Assembly (NCBI GenBank): GCA_049597355.1
Contig: JBMYMN010000001.1
Location: 1 to 39,736 of the forward strand
Length of the DNA: 39,736 bases
DNA from: Luteolibacter sp.
Lineage (GTDB): Bacteria > Verrucomicrobiota > Verrucomicrobiia > Verrucomicrobiales > Akkermansiaceae
Reading direction: 5' to 3'
Part shown: positions 37,839-39,736 of the stretch, in pieces
Position numbering within the stretch: the first letter of the stretch is position 1
How the letters are laid out: each line of letters begins with the position of its first letter
The notes under the pieces: model-generated
Database searches by the model: none
The model's input: the letters and a program-made list of their open reading frames with translations, nothing else
Told to the model about the DNA's origin: nothing
Position numbers and translations under genes: made by a program

Positions 37839-38936
37839 TCAGGCGGGCGCCAGCACGGCATCAAGCACTTCGATCACGCGCTGGTTTTCTTCGGGAGTGC
37901 CGATGGAAACACGGATCCAGTCCGGTAGCTTGTAGCCGCTCATGGCACGTACAATGACGCCCTGCTTGAGCATGGCTTGGAAAACCTCGTCACCATTGCC
38001 GCATTTGAGCAGAAGGAAGTTGGCGTAGCTGGGCACATACTCAATGCCGCGCTCCTCCATGGCCTTGCTCAGGAGTTCGAGCCCTTCGGCATTGATAGAG
38101 CGGGTCTTCTGCATGTGCTCGTCGTCGGCAATAGCAGCAAGCGCGCCGGCTTGGGCCAGAGCGTTGGTGTTGAATGGCTGGCGTGCCTTTTGCAGCACAC
38201 CCGCGAGGTGGGCTGGAGCCAGACCGTAGCCGATGCGCAGGGCCGCTAGTCCGTGGATCTTGGAGAAGGTGCGCAGCACGCACACGTTGCGACCCTCGCG
38301 TACGTATTTGAGGACGTCGGGAGGGTTGTCTGGGAATTCGTAGTAGGCCTCGTCAAACACGGCGATGACGTGATCGGGCAGGCGCTCCATGAAGTGGTCA
38401 ATGGCTTCCTGATCGACCATGGTGCCGGTCGGATTGTTTGGATTGGCGATAAAGACCAGACGGGTGTCGTCGGTGATGGCATCGGCCATGCCCTCGAGAT
38501 CGTGGATGAAGTCGGGGTCTGCGACCTCGACGTATTTGGCGCCAAACAGCGTAGCCATCAGCTTGTAGACGACGAAGGCGTGTTCGGCAGCGATGAGTTC
38601 GGTATTGCGGTTGAGAAAGGTGTGGCACAGCAACTCGATGATTTCGTTGGAACCGTTGCCAAGGACGACGTTGTTCTTGGTGAGGCCGTATTTGTCGGCA
38701 ATGGCTTGGCGCAGTTTGTAGCCGCCGCCATCCGGGTAAATATGGGCTTCATTGGTGGCCTGATTGATGGCTTTTACAGCCAGAGGCGAGGGGCCGAGAG
38801 GGTTTTCATTCGAGGCAACTTTGACGATCTGGTCGGGTTCCAGCCCAAGTTCGCGAGCGGTTTCCTCAATGGGCTTGCCTGGCTCATAGGCAACGAGATC
38901 ACAGACAAAGCGGTTAGCGTAGGATTCGAGACTCAT
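37839..38936 (-). CDS. hisC: Histidinol-phosphate aminotransferase
   Basis: YEPGKP, KVASNENPLG, GNGSNE, NPNNPTG, DEAYYEF, RTFSKIHGLAALRIGY, IRVSIG. Start ATG 38936. Confidence 0.95.
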   Translation of the reverse strand: MSLESYANRFVCDLVAYEPGKPIEETARELGLEPDQIVKVASNENPLGPSPLAVKAINQATNEAHIYPDGGGYKLRQAIADKYGLTKNNVVLGNGSNEIIELLCHTFLNRNTELIAAEHAFVVYKLMATLFGAKYVEVADPDFIHDLEGMADAITDDTRLVFIANPNNPTGTMVDQEAIDHFMERLPDHVIAVFDEAYYEFPDNPPDVLKYVREGRNVCVLRTFSKIHGLAALRIGYGLAPAHLAGVLQKARQPFNTNALAQAGALAAIADDEHMQKTRSINAEGLELLSKAMEERGIEYVPSYANFLLLKCGNGDEVFQAMLKQGVIVRAMSGYKLPDWIRVSIGTPEENQRVIEVLDAVLAPA

Positions 38937-38962
38937 GTGGGGACCTGATTCAAAGATGCGGA

Positions 38963-38991
38963 AAGCTAGTGCCATGGATACTGCGGGTCAA
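38963..38991 (-). promoter_or_regulatory. Putative sigma70 promoter of hisC-mnmE
   Basis: Minus strand TTGACC, 17 nt, TAGCTT, lying just downstream of the porin gene's terminator. Confidence 0.55.
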
Positions 38992-39030
38992 ATGCCAAGA
39001 GATTAGGAAAAGCAGGCAAATGAGGAGCAC

Positions 39031-39061
39031 AAAAAAGGGTGGTCGCTGTAGCGACCACCCT
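39031..39061 (-). terminator. Intrinsic terminator after the outer-membrane protein gene
   Basis: Inverted repeat AGGGTGGTCGCT/AGCGACCACCCT with a T6 tract on the minus strand. Confidence 0.88.
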
Positions 39062-39091
39062 GTGTGGGTAATTAAACTTAAACCCAGAGGA

Positions 39092-39736
39092 TTAGAAGCT
39101 GACGCTGACACCGATACCACCAACAAACTCTTGGGGGCTGACGTTGTCATAAACTTCTTGCTCTGAACCCTCCACCGCATAGGTGACGTAAGGAGAGATG
39201 GTTGCACTATCAGTGATTGCCCAGTCGAGGGATACGGTGGTCACCAAGTTGGCGAAGTCACCTGATTCGATGGCGTAACCGAGGGCGGTACCAACCCCGA
39301 GGCTAAGACAATCGCTGAGGTCGAAGCTCTTGCCAAGACCAAGCTCGAGGTAGCCGTTGTTGTTTGAACCAGCCAAATTACCGTAGTAAGCATCGATGCC
39401 GCTAACATCTGTGCTCAGGCCAAGATAGTATTCTTGAAAGTTCGGGGAGAAGGCTGGGTCATCGTAAATGTAGTAGATATAACCGATAGAAGCAGTGAGG
39501 GACCCGAGATCTTTGGAGATATCAAAGTAAACATCAGTTTCGGTTGTGTCATTGCCTCCTGTGTTGAAGTCAGCATGCCAGACGCCGGCACTCAGCGAGA
39601 GACCAGATGCTTCGGTGGCAATATCAAGGCCGGTGGAGACCATGTCGTTACCCTGTTGGATACCACGCCATAGATACTCGTTGCTGTAACCTCCGTTGAT
39701 GGAGTACTCGATTTCTGCCTTGGCAGTGCCGGCCAC
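39092..39736 (-). CDS. Outer-membrane beta-barrel protein, TorF/TIGR02001-like (5' end outside the window)
   Basis: YSNEYLWRG motif, E.D.Y, GYIYYIY, alternating amphipathic strands, C-terminal Phe (GVSVSF). Confidence 0.78.
   Translation of the reverse strand: MAGTAKAEIEYSINGGYSNEYLWRGIQQGNDMVSTGLDIATEASGLSLSAGVWHADFNTGGNDTTETDVYFDISKDLGSLTASIGYIYYIYDDPAFSPNFQEYYLGLSTDVSGIDAYYGNLAGSNNNGYLELGLGKSFDLSDCLSLGVGTALGYAIESGDFANLVTTVSLDWAITDSATISPYVTYAVEGSEQEVYDNVSPQEFVGGIGVSVSF

Noticed and set aside
37123-38948. Plus-strand ORFs of 270 and 231 aa
   Set aside because: Antisense shadows of mnmE and hisC.

Overview
The window looks like core chromosome of a Verrucomicrobia-like (PVC) bacterium; this is inferred from gene content and order. 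It holds the first half of the dcw cluster (mraZ-rsmH-ftsL-ftsI-murE-murF-mraY-murD-LysM-ftsW), a probable decayed receiver/Hpt pseudogene, and a type II secretion/type IV pilus module (two GspE/PilB ATPases, GspF/PilC, a pseudopilin). It also has an orphan nuoA joined to a CysJ-like diflavin reductase, rpmE (C-minus L31), hisF, a GT2 / GT-C / ApbE-like trio, icd, tyrA-aroA-cmk-plsC, a divergent acidic IF-1 paralog, mnmE, hisC and a truncated outer-membrane beta-barrel gene. I found no rRNA, tRNA, CRISPR array or mobile element. The strongest signal is the 454-nt spacer between mraZ and rsmH. It contains a 105-nt tandem duplication of a two-hairpin RNA module whose stems have diverged by compensatory base-pair changes, while the loops, a bulged U and a U-G wobble are kept. 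Upstream of it are a C-rich/G-poor stretch and competing hairpins. The whole spacer is open in the rsmH frame, which a +1 slip at mraZ's TTT-TAG end would reach. This is a candidate undescribed cis-regulatory RNA gating the cell-wall/division operon. All structure and homology calls were made by eye and need computational confirmation.
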